The notes under the pieces were generated by a model. The model worked only from the letters and a program-made list of their open reading frames with translations. It did no database searches and was not told the DNA's origin. This document shows, one piece after another, positions 24,661 to 37,618 of a DNA stretch of 64,000 nt. Each line of letters begins with the position of its first letter. Position 1 is the stretch's first letter. Position numbers and translations under genes: made by a program. Source of the DNA: Squalus acanthias (lineage: Eukaryota); assembly GCA_030390025.1 (NCBI GenBank), contig CM059432.1, positions 30,320,001-30,384,000 of the forward strand, read 5' to 3'.

Positions 24661-25867
24661 TTAGCAGTAAAATGAGAAATCATTTTTTTGCACTCGCATT
24701 TGTCCTTTTGCCACAAATAGCAAACATGGGGAATCTTCCCCCATGGTCCCATGGTTGAAGCAGAAGTTTTACTCTGCAGCTGATTGCTGTACCTGACTTG
24801 TACCTGACTTGATATTGAGTGACAAATACGGAAAAGGTGTTTCACTCGCCGTCACTGACATTTATTTCCAATTTTCTCTTTAAAGGTTAATGATAACTCT
24901 CTAAAGCCATAGAAATTCACAGCACTGAAGGAGGCAATTTGGCCCATTGTGTCTGTGCTCTCTGCTAGAGCAATCTAAAATTAATTCCACTGCCCCGCTC
25001 TTTCCTGCCAGCCCTAATTTTTCCTCTGCTTCAAATATTTATGCAATTTTTCTTTAAAAAGTGCAAAAATGTTTGTATTTTAGATGGATTACTGAGGGTA
25101 ATGTAATATGTAAAGTTATAGTTGTTGCTCTACCTCTGCATCAGCCATATGAAGTAGTTGTAGTACTGAGGGTGAGATGCACTGTTTAAAACCTTTGATG
25201 TAGATGGTGGAAAAACAATCTCCTTGAGATTAGTTCAGCTTCCACAAGTGGACTGCTCTTTTATTACATCCTTTAGTCCGAATTAATGTCTTTTTAGCTT
25301 CAGTTCTGCCTGAAGTGTCAGAGAACGAATGAATTTAACATTGATCAGTGCTCTGCTGGAACAGCATATGCCAGTTAACATCCAGAACCCCTACAGAAGA
25401 TCTCTGGGTAGGAAATGGCTGGAAGAAAGTACTAAAATCTTAAGACAGTTAACCTTGTGTAGGAGATTTCTATTCTTGTCAACTGACTGTTGCATCATCT
25501 TCCATGTTTCAATGTTTCTCAATCAATATCAGGCTTTAGCTGAGAATTAAATAGACCATAATGGCTTCTATTTTTTCCTATAGAACTAGTGAAAGTTCAC
25601 CTATTTTTGTCCACGAGTGTCACCTGTTAATCGGGAGCGAGCCTTTGGCTTAGTGGTAACATTCCCAGATTGTGCAGGATTTGAACCGTGCTCCAAATAG
25701 CCCCGGTGAGAGGAGACCAGAGCTCCAGCTCTGAATTCTGGGTTAACATCCAGCGGGATACCTGGGTGTGGAGGGCCTTCCTTCATCGTATGCAGTGTGG
25801 CAGTCCGTAAAATCATCCGCCGTATAGGACTAACCATCCTATTAGCTGCTTTAAAGATTTTTTTTCC

Positions 25868-26750
25868 TGACGTCCAGTCCTGGATGATTTGCAATTTTCT
25901 CAAATTAAGTATTGGGAATACCAAAGCCATTGTCTTCGGCCCCTTCCATAAACTCTGTTCCCTCACCACTGATTCCATTTTCCTACCTGGCCACTAACTC
26001 AGGCTGAACTAGACTATTTGCAACCTCGGCGTTCTATTTGACCCGGAACTGAGCTTTTGACCCCATATCCACTCCGTCACAATGACCACTTACTTCCACC
26101 TCTTTAATATCACCCGTCTCTGCCCTTGCCTCAGATCATCTGCTGCTGGAACCCTCCTCCATGCTTTTGTTACCTCCAGACTGAACTATTGCTATATGCC
26201 CTTCTGGCCGGCCGCTCACCTTCCACCCTCCATAAACTTGAGCTCATCCAAAATTCTGCCGCCTGTTTTCTAACTTGCATCAAGTCCCATTCACCTATCA
26301 CCCCTGTGCTCGCTGACCTACATTGGCTCCCGGTTCACCAACGCCTCAAATTTAAAATTCTATCCTCGCGTACAAATCCCTCTGCGGCCTCATCCCTCCC
26401 TAGCTCTTTAACCTCCTCCAGCCCGACTACAACCCTCCGATAATTCTACGGTTCTCCAACTCTGACTTCTTATGCATCCCCCACTCCCTTCACCCCACCA
26501 CTGGCAGTTGTGCCTTCAGCCATCAAGGCCCTAAACTCTGAAATTCCCTCCCAAAACCCCTCTGCCTCTCCTCTGTCTGTTCCTTAAGACCCTGCTTAAA
26601 ACCTACCTCTTGGATCAATCACCGCTCCACCCCTGCACCAATGTCTCCTTCTTTCCCTCGATGTGAATTTTTGTCTGATAACGCTCATGTAAAGCGCCTT
26701 GGGACGTTTTACTACATTAGAGGCATTATATAAATGCAAATTGTTGTTGT
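25868..26750 (+). mobile_element. L2-clade LINE 3' fragment
   Basis: LKLSIGNTKAIVF, HAFVTSRLNY, IQNSAA and LADLHWLPV motifs; ends ATATAAATGCAA(TTG)n. Confidence 0.88.
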
Positions 26751-27267
26751 CTGTATACTGATGTTGTATGTGCACTGTTGCTGTCACTGTATTGTGTTGT
26801 CCATATACTGGCATGGACAATGTACTGGTATTGTCCCTGTACTGATGCTGTCCATGTACTGGTGCTATTCATATGGCTGTAACTATTTCTAACACCAAAG
26901 TTCTGATCGGTCCCAATGGAGGACAAGACAAGGTTTCTGATTGGTCCCCTTGGCGGACAAGGCACACACAGTTTGTCTGGAATGTGTAATTAGATCCTGC
27001 CTGCCTGAGTAATCAAGATCTTTGCAATGTGTCATTTGATCCATAACACTACTGCTTTCAGAGAACAGACAGGGCTCACCCTCTTGGGTTAGGAGCACGC
27101 ACACTGCTGAGTTCAGATGGGAAGGGATGAGACCATGGAGGGATTTTAACATAAGGATGAGAATTTTAAAATCAAGGTGTTGGTGGGCAATGTTCCCCCG
27201 AATTTTTTTTTTTAACGGGCTGCACGGGACCTCCAGGCAGCTGCATAGGGGTGATGGGTGAATGGGA

Positions 27268-28775
27268 CATAAGAGCATAAGAAATAAGAGCAGGAGTAAG
27301 CCTACAGCCACTCAAGTCTACTCCGTCATTCAATAAGGTCATGGCTGATCATCGACCTCAACTCCACTTTCCCGCCCGATTTCCATATCCCTTGATTCCC
27401 CTAGAGTCCAAAAATCTATCTCAGCCTTGAATATACTCAAAGACTCAGCATTCACAGCCCTCTGGGACAGAGAATTCCAAAGATTCACAACCCTTTGAGT
27501 GAAGAAATTCCTCCTCATCTCAGTGGCCTACCCCTTATCCTGAGACTATGCCCCCTAGTTCTAGACACTCCAGCCGGGGGAAACAACCTCTCAGCATCTA
27601 CCCTGTCAATCCCCTTCAGAATTTTGTATGTTTCAATGAGATCACCTCTCATTCTTCTAAACTCCAGAGAGTATAGGCCCATTCTGCACAATCTCTCCTC
27701 ATAGGACAGCCCTCTCATCCCAGGAATCAATCTAGTGAACCTTCGTTGCACCGCCTCCAAGACAAGTGTATCCTTCCTTAGATAAGGAGACCAAAACTGT
27801 GCACAGTACTCCAGGTGTGGTCTCACCAAGGCCCTGTACAATTGTAGCAAGACTTCCTTACTCTTATACTCCAACCCCCTTGCAATAAAGGCCAACATGC
27901 CATTTGCCTTCCTTATTGCTTGCTGTACCTACATGCTAGCTTTCTGTGTTTCTTGCACGAGGACACCCAAATCTCTCTGAACAGCAACATTTAAAAGTTT
28001 CTCAACATTTAAAAAATATTGTGTTTTTCTATTCTTCCTACTAAAGTGAATAACCTCACATTTCCCTTCATTATACTCCATCTGCCACCTTACTGTCAAC
28101 TCACTTAGTCTATCTATATCCCTTTGCAGACTCTTTGTGTTCTCCTCACAGCTTACTGTCCCACCTAGCTTTGTATCATCAGCAAACTTGGATACATTAC
28201 ACTCGGTCCCTTCATCTAGGTCATTAATATAGATTATAAATAGCTGAGGCCCCAGCACTGATCCTTGCGGCACCCCACTAGTTACAGCCTGCCAACCTGA
28301 AAAAGATTTGTTTATCCCTACTCTCTGTTTTCTGTCCGTTAACCAATCCTCTATCCATGCTACTAGATTACCCCCAACCCCGTGAGCCCTAATCTTGTGT
28401 AATAACCTTTTATGTGGCACCTTATCAAATGCCTTTTGGAAATCCAAATATACTACATCCACTGGTTCCCCTTTATCTACCCTGCTAGTTACATCCTCAA
28501 AAAGCTCTAATAAATTTGTCAAACACAATTTCCCTTTTATAAAACCATGTTGACTCTGCCTAATCATGTTATGATTTTCTAAGTGCCCTGATACCACTTC
28601 CTTAACAATGGATTCCAGCATTTTCCCGATGACTGATGTCAGGCTAACTGGCCTGTAGTTCCCTGTTTTCTCTCTCCCTCCTTTCTTGAATAGCGGTGTT
28701 ACATTTGCGACCTTCCAATCTGCTGGGACCGTTCTAGAATCTAGGGAATTTTGGAAGATCAAAACCAATTCATCC
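27268..28775 (-). mobile_element. 5'-truncated CR1 LINE inserted in an L2 fragment
   Basis: RT ORFs 27929-28786 and 27515-27898; (CATAAGA)n tail. Flanks rejoin as the L2 sequence GAATGGGACTTG.TGC..GTTAGGATA. Confidence 0.93.
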
Positions 28776-28903
28776 ACTTGTTGCATGTTAGGATACCTGC
28801 AGCAGGGTTTTGGATGAGCTCAAGTTCAGGAGAACATTGGAATAGTCGAGTCCGGCAGAGTGTCCATAACTAACAATAAAAATTTTTAAATTAATTACAT
28901 AGA

Positions 28904-29857
28904 ATGGAGCAGGTGATGTGTTACTGTTGCGAGATGTGGGAGCCGGTGGACCCCATTGAGGCTCACGGTGATTACATCTGTGACAAGTGTCTGCTGCTAC
29001 AGGAACTTCAGCTCCGTATTGATGAGCTGGAGTCTGAGCTTCAGACACAGTGACACATCAGGGTGGGGGAGAAGTACCTGGACTTTGTGTTTCAGGAGGT
29101 GGTCACACCTATGAAGTTAATTAATTCAGATGTAGCCCATGGTCAGGGACAGGACGGTGTGACTACGAGTGAGGCAGGTACGGGGATCCAGGAGGTAGTG
29201 TTGGAGGAGCCGCAGCCCTTGCTCTTGTCCAACAGGTTCGAGGTTCTTACTCCCTGTGGGGACAGGAGCAGGGACTGCAGGGAGGATGAGCAACCTGGCC
29301 ACAGCACCGTGGAACGGGGGGCCATTCAAGAGGGGGGAGTAAATAAAAATGTTGTAGTGGTAGGGGATAGTATTATTAGGGGGATAGATAGAGTTCTCTG
29401 CAGCCGAGAGCAAGAGTCCCATAGGCTGTGTTGCCTGCCCGGTGCCAGGGTTAAGGACATCTCCTCTGGGCTGGAAAGAAACTTGCAGTGGGAGGGGGTG
29501 GATCCAGTTGTCGTGGTCCATGTTGGTACAAACGACGTAGATAGGACAAGGAAGCAGGTTCTGTTAAAGGAGTATGAGCAGCTAGGGGTCAAATTAAAAA
29601 ACAGAACCTCAAGGGTATTAATCTCTGGATTATTACCTGAGCCACGAGCGAATTTGGCTAGGACAAATAAAATTAGAGAGTTAAATGAGTGGCTCAAAGA
29701 CTGGTGTGGGAGAAATGGGTTTTGCTTCCTGGGACACTGGCACCAGTACTGGGGCAGGAGGGAGCTGTTCCGTTGGGACGGGCTTCACTTGGCCAGTGCT
29801 GGGACTAGAGTCCTGGCGGATCATATAACTAGGGCTGTAGAGAGGGCTTTAAACTAA
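28904..29857 (+). pseudogene. CR1 ORF1 (zinc finger + SGNH esterase), disrupted near the N-terminus
   Basis: MEQVMCYCCEMWE start; LSNRF, VVGDSIIR, HVGTND and DGLHL motifs. Confidence 0.88.
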
Positions 29858-29895
29858 CTAGTGGGGGGGAGGTTCCTAGAGAGCAAATAATAAAA

Positions 29896-32847
29896 ATGAC
29901 AACAGAGAAGGTCATAGACTTAGGTAGCGGTGGGGAAATTAAAAACCAGAGTGTGTCAGGAAGGGGCAGAAGGTATGGAGTAAAAGGTAAAGTAATAAAA
30001 AGGGCAAAAGCAGGAACTAAGTGTCACAAAACATATTTGAAAGTTCTCTATCTGAATGCACGTAGCATTCGTAACAAAATAGATGAGTTAATGGCACAAA
30101 TAACTACATATGGGTATGATCTTGTGGCCATTACAGAAACATGGCTGCAGGGTGACAATGCCTGGGAATTAAACATACCAGGTTATTTAACGATCAGGAA
30201 GGACAGGCAGGAAGGAAGGGGAGGTGGGGTGGCTATGTTAATAAAGGAAGGAATCACTGTAATACAGAGAAATGATATTGGGTCAAAAGATCAGGATAAT
30301 GAAACAGTTTGGGTGGAGATAAGGAATAATAAGGGGAAAAAAACATTAGTGGGCGTAGTCTATAGGCCTCCAAACAGTTGCAACTCTGTTGGACGGAGTA
30401 TCAATCAGGAAATAGTTGAGGCTTGTAATAAGGGAACATCTTTAATTATGGGGGATTTTAACTATCATATTAATTGGACAAATCAAATTGGGCAGGGCTG
30501 CCTTGAAGATGAGTTCATTGAGTGTATTAGGGATGGGTTTCTTGAGCAGTATGTGACTGAACCGACCAGGGGGCAAGCAACCTTAGATCTGGTCCTGTGT
30601 AACGAGACAGGATTAATTAAAAATGTCTTAGTAAAGGATCCCCTTGGAATGAGTGACCATAACATGGTTGAATTCCATATTCAATTAGAGGGTGAGAAGG
30701 TTGGATCTCAAACAAGCGTGCTAAGCTTGAATAAAGGAGACTATGAAGGTATGCGAGCAGAATTGAGTAGAGTGGATTGGGAAAATAGATTAAAGGGTAA
30801 GACGATACATGATCAGTGGTGTACATTTAAGGAGTTATTTTACAACTTCCAAAAAATATATATTCCACTGAGAAGAAAAGGGTGTAAAAGAAAAGACAGT
30901 CATCCATGGCTAAGTAAAGAAATTAAGGATAATATTCGACTAAAAACAAGGGCTTATAAGGTAGCAAAATCTAGTGGGAGGATAGAGGATTGGGAAAACT
31001 TTAAAAGACAGCAAAAAATAGCAAAAAGATTGATTAAGAAAGGGAAGATAGATTATGAAAGTAAATTAGCAAAAAATATAAAAACAGATAGTAAGAGTTT
31101 TTATAGTTATATAAAAAGAAAAAGGGTGGCTAAAGTAAATGTTGGTCCCTTAGAGGATGAGACCGGGAAATTAATGGTGGGAAATATGGAGATGGCAAAT
31201 ACACTGAATGAATATTTTGTATCAGTCTTTACAGTAGAGGACACTAAGAATATCCCAACACTGGACAAATAGGGGGCTATAGGGGGGGAGGAGCTAAACA
31301 CGATCAAAATCACTAAGGAAGTGGTACTCGGTAAAATAATGGGACTCAAGGCGGATAAATCACCTGGACCTGATGGCTTACATCCTAGGGTCTTGAGGGA
31401 AGTGGCGGTAGGGATTGTGGATGCATTGGTAATAATTTTCCAAAACTCCCTGGACTCAGCAAAGATCCCGGCAGACTGGAAAACTGCTAATGTAACACCC
31501 TTATTTAAAAAGGGCAGTAGACAGAAGGCTGGAAACTATAGACCGGTTAGCCTAACATCTGTGGTAGGTAAAATTTTGGAGTCCATTATTAAGGAGACAG
31601 TAATGGGACATTTGGATAATCATAATTTAATAGGACAAAGTCAGCATGGTTTTATGAAGGGGAAGTCATGTTTGACAAATTTGCTGGAGTTCTTTGAGGA
31701 AGTAACACACAGGGTGGATAAAGGGGAACCAGTGGATATGGTGTATTTAGACTTCCAAAAGGCATTTGACAAGGTGCCACACAAAAGATTATTGCTTAAG
31801 ATAAAAAATCACGGGATTGGGGGTAATATTCTGGCATGGATAGAGGATTGGCTATCTAACAGAAGGCAGAGAGTTGGGATAAATGGTTCACTCTCAGACT
31901 GGCAATCAGTAACTAGTGGTGTTCCGCAGGGGTCAGTGCTGGGTCCCCAACTCTTTACAATCTATATTAACGATTTGGAGGAGGGGACAGAGTGTAACAT
32001 ATCAAAGTTTGCAGATGATACTAAGATGGGAGGGAAAGTAGTGAGTGAGGAGGACATAAAAAATCTGCAAGGGGACATAGACAGGCTAAGTAAGTGGGCA
32101 GAGATTTGGCAGATGGAATACAATACTGGAAAGTGTGAGGTTATGCACTTTGGCAGGAAAAATAGTAGAGCAAGTTATTATCTAAATGGCAAGAAACTGG
32201 AAAGTACTGAAGTACAAAGGGATCTGGGGGTCCTGGTGCACAAAACTCAAAAGGTTAGTATGCAGGTGCAGCAAGTGATTAAGAAGGCCAATGGAATGTT
32301 GGCTTTCATTGCTAAGGGGATAGAATATAAAAATAGGGAGGTATTGCTTCAGTTGTACAAGGTATTGGTGAGACCGCACCTGGAATACTGCGTACAGTTT
32401 TGGTGTCCATACTTAAGAAAAGACATACTTGCTCTCGAGTCAGTACAAAGAAGGTTCACTCGGTTAATCCCGGGAATGAGGGGATGGACATATGAGGAGA
32501 GGTTGGGTAGATTGGGACTCTACTCATTGGAGTTCAGAAGAATGAGAGGCGATCTTATTGAAACATATAAGATTGTGAAGGGGTTGGATCGGGTGGATGC
32601 GGGGAGGATGTTCCCGATGATGGGTGAAACTAGAACTAGGGGGCATAGTCTTAGAATAAGGGGCTGCTCTTTCAAAACTGAGATGAGAAGGAACTATTTC
32701 ACTCAGAGGGTGGTAGGTCCATGGAATATGCTGCCCCAAAAAGCTGTAGAAGCTACATCATTACATAAATTTAAAACAGAAATAGACAGTTTCCTAGAAG
32801 TAAAGGGAATTAAGGGTTACGGGGAGCAGGCAGGAATTTGGACATGA
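29896..32847 (+). pseudogene. CR1 ORF2 (APE-RT), single in-frame stop at 31270-31272
   Basis: ORFs 29896-31272 and 31321-32847 are in the same frame; all EN and RT motifs present. Confidence 0.95.
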
Positions 32848-33704
32848 GTCTAGGTTCGGATCGGTCATGGCCCTGTGGGTAGCGTAGCGGGCCCAGGGGC
32901 CGTGTAGCCTGATCCTGCTCCTATTTCGTGTGTCCAATTCTGTTAGGTTCAGGAGATGGTTCTGTGATAGTAGATTGGCGGTTAGGATCAGATCAGCCAT
33001 GATCTTATTGAATGGCGGAGCAGGCTCGAGGGGCCAATTGGCCTACTCCTGCTCCTAGTTCTTATGTTCTTATGTTCTTATGTAAATAACACGTCAATGT
33101 AATGTTATGCATGTTGTAGGACCAACACAGAATATGCTCTCATTTTTTAAAATTCATTTATTTATTGCCCATCCCTAGTTGCCCTTGAGAGGGTGGTAGT
33201 GAGCTGCCTTCTTGAACCACTGCGGTTCGGGTGGGGGAGGGGGGTGGGGTAGGAAAGGGAGAACATGGTGCAGATGTAATGGGGGTGGGGGTGGAAGAAG
33301 GTGATCCAGGCCTAACAGAGGGCAGGAGAACGTGACCTATCTTCCATCTGGATCACGTCCTTGTTCTCATCCCCCCCCATCTCCTTTAGACCTGGATCAT
33401 GTTCTTCACCCCCTCCCCACTGTTCTCACCGCGCTCCCTCCGCCAACAATTTCCTGACTTTCTCTCCCCGAGATCCTGACCTCCTCCCGAGCTCCTGACC
33501 TCCTCCCGAGCTCCTGATCTTTCCCCTCCCCCCTTCCCCCAAGCTCCTGACCTTCTCCCCCCGCCCGAGTTCCTGACTTTCTCCCCAGTCTCCAAGCTCC
33601 TTTCTCCCCCTCCTCTCCCCCTCTGATCCGCGCTCTCCCCCCCTTCGATCCTCTCTCCCCCCTTCGATCCTCTCTCCCGCTCCAAACCTCTTTCTTCCCC
33701 CCTT

Positions 33705-34073
33705 CATAAGAACATAAGAACATAAAAATTAGGAGCAGGAGTAGGCCATGTGGCCCCTTGAGCCTGCTCCGCCATTCAATAAGATCATAGCTGATCTTCG
33801 ACCTCAACTCCACTTTCTGACGTGATCCCCATATCCCTTGATTCCTCTAGATTCCAAAAATCTATCTATCTCAGCCTTGAATATACTCAATGCCTAAACA
33901 TCCACAACCCTTTGCGGCAGAGAATTCCAAAGATTCACAACCCTCTGAGTGAAGACATTTCTCCTCATCTCAGTCCTAAATGGTCGACCCCTTATCCTGA
34001 GACAATGCCCCCTAGTCCTGGACTCTCCAGCCAGGGGAAACAACCTCTCAGCATCAATCCTGTCAAGCCCTCT
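33705..34073 (-). mobile_element. CR1 3' fragment
   Basis: (CATAAGAA)n tail; closely similar to 27268-27620. Confidence 0.9.
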
Positions 34074-34303
34074 TAAAAAAAGCCAAATTGTCTGTTCCAG
34101 CTTGGTATTCTCAGCTTAATGCTGAGGCCAATGGAGGGACGGGAGGGCTGAGGCAGAGGAGCAGAAGAAGAAGGTTGGTGAGCATTGTGACCAAGGTTAG
34201 TGAGGGAACAGAAATTGGTGATGACGTGAGGCTGAGGGTGGAAGAAGAAGTGGACCTGGGAAGTGAATGGCTGCAGTCATTCAGAGAGTGAGGGCGCATT
34301 GGC

Positions 34304-35970
34304 AACAACAACAACAACTTGCATTTATATAGCACCTTTAGTGTAGTAAAATGTCCCAAGGCACTTCACAGGATCAAACAGAAATTGACACCGAACCACA
34401 TAAGGAGATATTAGGACAGTGTAGAGATTCACGTATCTCTGGTAAACAGGATCAAGTGCAAACCAATATGTTGGGTATATTGTGTTTAATCGGAGTTTAG
34501 GATGGAATATAACACACTAGTTATACAGCAAAAACATACGACCGTGACAAATAGCTGATACCGGACCCGATCAGACAGACGGCTGGCGTGCACAAACATC
34601 TCTTCTTATGCGTTCTCCTTCTTGTCTCACGTGCCTCTCTCTCTCTTTCTCTGAACTACCCAAGAGTGTTAGACTAGGGTCCGCATGAGTCCACTCTCTG
34701 AAGAGTATTCGACCACCGTTTCCACTCTTGGGAGCCCCTTGCTCCATGGTCTGAGCTGAGAGTTCTTTAGCTCTTCCTTTTATTCTCTTTTTAGGGGTGG
34801 GCCTGAGGTAGAATAATGGACAAGACCATTTAACCTATAGAGGTTCCCCTTAAATCAAGGTGCCCAATGGCATGTCGAGTTCTTTGTCTCAACTTACCAA
34901 TGAAGACCCTCCCTCAAGGGGTCTTCATAACCATTACACATGCTTTCTGTACTTGACCAATCATGGCCTTACAGCATGTTGAGGACTGTCTTCCCTTATC
35001 TCATCCAGCCCTTTCTTCCAAAGCAATAGTCTCTTATCTCATCCTGTCTTGTCCCCCCTGGTGCAGCCAGTGCGTGTACCAGGCACAGCTTTGGGCCATT
35101 AAATCAGAGGCCCAAGCCAGAGCTGTCTTACTCAACCAGCTGCCATCCAAACTATCACCCCTTAATCTAACAGACTATTCCATCCTGAGATGGTACCTTA
35201 ACTCCCATAAATTCTTCTATTCTATGTCCTTTATACTAATTAACTTTTAATTATCCTCGCAAGCAGTTCTGTTAAACAAACTTCAAATTCTATCTCAGCA
35301 TTATAATATGGTTATTAGTAATAATGGAAGAAACATAGGTTGGGCCTTCATTGGCCAAATTAAAGATACATTAACAAAGTCAAAACCCTAACTTATAAAC
35401 AACAGATAGCTAGCCTGGCAGGGCAAGGCCATGCTCTGGGTCCCGGTGTGAAATGTTATGCCTTATCTAATCTAACTAACTGAAGATATTTTGTCTCAAA
35501 GTCTGATACAAATCTCCAGGAAAACAAAACCTACACAGTTCCAGTAAGACACAACTTATACATTAGCCTCTTATTTGTCTTGAACAGAAATATACAATCA
35601 TTTAAACAGAGTATTATTCACGTTATAGTTTCATTCGCATAACCATATATATTTTTAGGCACCCCTAATTTCTAACAACAGATATCCAAAAGCTTGGTCA
35701 AAGAGTTATGCTTTAAGGAGCGTCTTAAAGGAGGAGAGTGAGATAAAAAGGCGGAAAGGTTTAGGGATGGAATTCCAGATTTAAAGGCCGAGGCAGCTGA
35801 AAACATGGCCGCCAATGGTGGAGCAATTATAATAGGGGATGCGCAAGAGGCCAGAATTGGAGGAGTGCAGAGATGTCAGAGGGTTGTAGGAGGAGGTTAC
35901 ACAGATAGGGAGGGGCAAGGCCATGAGGGATTTGAAAACAAGGATGAGAAATTTTAAATGGACAGTGAGG
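34304..35970 (-). mobile_element. L2 3' fragment interrupted by a solo LTR
   Basis: (AAC)n-TTGCATTTATATAGC tail; continues after 35681 as CCAAAAGCTTGGTCAAAGAG. Confidence 0.85.
34420..35677 (-). mobile_element. Solo LTR (1258 bp)
   Basis: TGTAGA...TCTAACA termini; ACAG TSD (34416-34419, 35678-35681). Strand inferred only from a minus-strand AATAAA near 34780. Confidence 0.85.
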
Positions 35971-36377
35971 TAGTGAGGGTAGAAGATCCACAAAGCAACG
36001 AGGGTGGGGAAGGGAGCAAGGGTGAGTTTTGTTCAGCAAAATACTGTATAATTTGAAAATATTAAGTTTTGTGAAGACTGGCTGTGGATAAAGCTGGATT
36101 TGGACTAGGCAACATCAGCTAATGTTGGAAGACCTAGAAGGTAAGTAGCAGCAAGAATGCAGTTTAAAACCATTCCTAGGCAATTTAACAGTAATGATTT
36201 ACCTAGGCACTACAACAAGCCTGACAAAAGTGTGACAAGATCATGACTAGTAATGTATATGTACTGTTGCTATCTGTGTACTGTTGCTGTGTGTATATTG
36301 GTGCAGTATCTCTGTTGGTGCTGTATATGTAATGGTGCAGTGCATGTACTCCCAATCCTCTGTTCTGGAGGAGCACA

Positions 36378-36780
36378 GGGACTTAAACACATAAAGCTAG
36401 GCTGACACTCCAGTACAGTGCTGAGGGAGCGCTGCACTGTCGGAGGTGCCATCTTTCGGATGAGACATTAATCCGAGGCCCCGTCTGCTCTCTCAGGTGG
36501 ATGTAAAAGATCCCATGGCACTATTTCGAAGAAGAGCAGGGGAGTTATCCCCAGTGTCCTTTCCAATATTTATCCCTCAACCAACATAACAAAAAACAGA
36601 TTATCTGGTCATTTTCACATTGCTGTTTGTGGGAGCTTGCTGAGCGCAAATTGGCTGCCGCATTTCCCATATTACAACAGTGACTCCACTTCAAAAGTAT
36701 TTCATTGGCTGTAAAGCACTTTGAGACGTCCGGTGGTCGTGAAAGACGCTATATAAATGCAAGTCTTTCTTACTTTCTTT
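36378..36780 (+). mobile_element. Deu-domain SINE
   Basis: GCACTGTCGGAGGTGCCATCTTTCGGATGAGACATTAATCCGAGG core; TATATAAATGCAAG tail. Confidence 0.88.
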
Positions 36781-37010
36781 CATGAATGTTGTCTGACAAT
36801 AGATGACTTTGTCAGCATAAGGCCAATTTAGTGAGACCATTTTTTTAATACAGTTGTCTTCAATTGTATTCTGCTGTTGCGGAACACAATAAATTCACTC
36901 TTGTAGTGTATGTCAGTTTGTCTAAGTTGGTAGTAATCGAGACTCTGAGTCAGAATGTTCTGGGTTCAAGTTGCACTATGAGCTTGAGCTCATAATCTAA
37001 TATAATACTT

Positions 37011-37618
37011 CAACAACAATAATAACAACAACTTGCATTTATATAGATCCTTTAATGTAGTAAAGCATCCCAAGGTGCTTCACAGGAGTGTTATTAGACA
37101 AAATTTGACACCGAGCCATATAAGGAGATATTAGGACAGGTGACCAAAAGCGTGGTCAAAGAGGTAGGTTTTAAGGAGCATCTTCGAGGCGGAGAGAGAC
37201 ATCGTGAGGCGGAGAAGTTTAGGGAGGGAATTCCAGTGCTTAGAGCCTAAGCAACTGAAGGCACGGCTGTAATGATAGGGCGAAGGAATTTGGTGATGCA
37301 CAAGAGGCCAGAATTGGAGGAATGCAGAATTCTTGGAGGGTTGTGGGGCTGGAGGAGGTTACAGAGGTAGGGAGGGGCAAGGCTATGGAGGGATTTGAAC
37401 ACAAGGATAAGAATTTTAAAATCGAGGGGTTGCTGGACCAGGATCCAATGTAGGTCAGCGAGCACAGGGGTGATGGGTGAATGGGACTTGGTGCGAGTTA
37501 GGATATGGACAACAGGATTTTGGATGAGCTCAAGTTTATGGAGGGTGGGAAGCCAACCAGGAGAGCATCAGAATAGTTGAGTTTGGAGGTAACAAAAGCA
37601 TGGATGAGGCTTTCAGCA
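37011..37618 (-). mobile_element. L2 3' fragment inserted in an older Deu-SINE (~36912-37900)
   Basis: LADLHW ORF and (AAC)n tail; SINE head upstream, SINE core downstream. Confidence 0.82.

Larger units (their letters stand above)
28862..33083 (+). mobile_element. Near-full-length CR1 LINE
   Basis: ORF1, ORF2 and 3' UTR ending (TTCTTATG)3. 5' boundary approximate. Confidence 0.95.

Noticed and set aside
25298..25407. Possible host exon (AG...GT bounded, MNLTLISALLEQHMPVNIQNPYRRSL)
   Set aside because: No recognisable protein family or partner exons; needs RNA-seq.
33386..33813. Gly/Arg/Glu-rich minus-strand ORFs
   Set aside because: Low-complexity pyrimidine repeats running into a CR1 tail.
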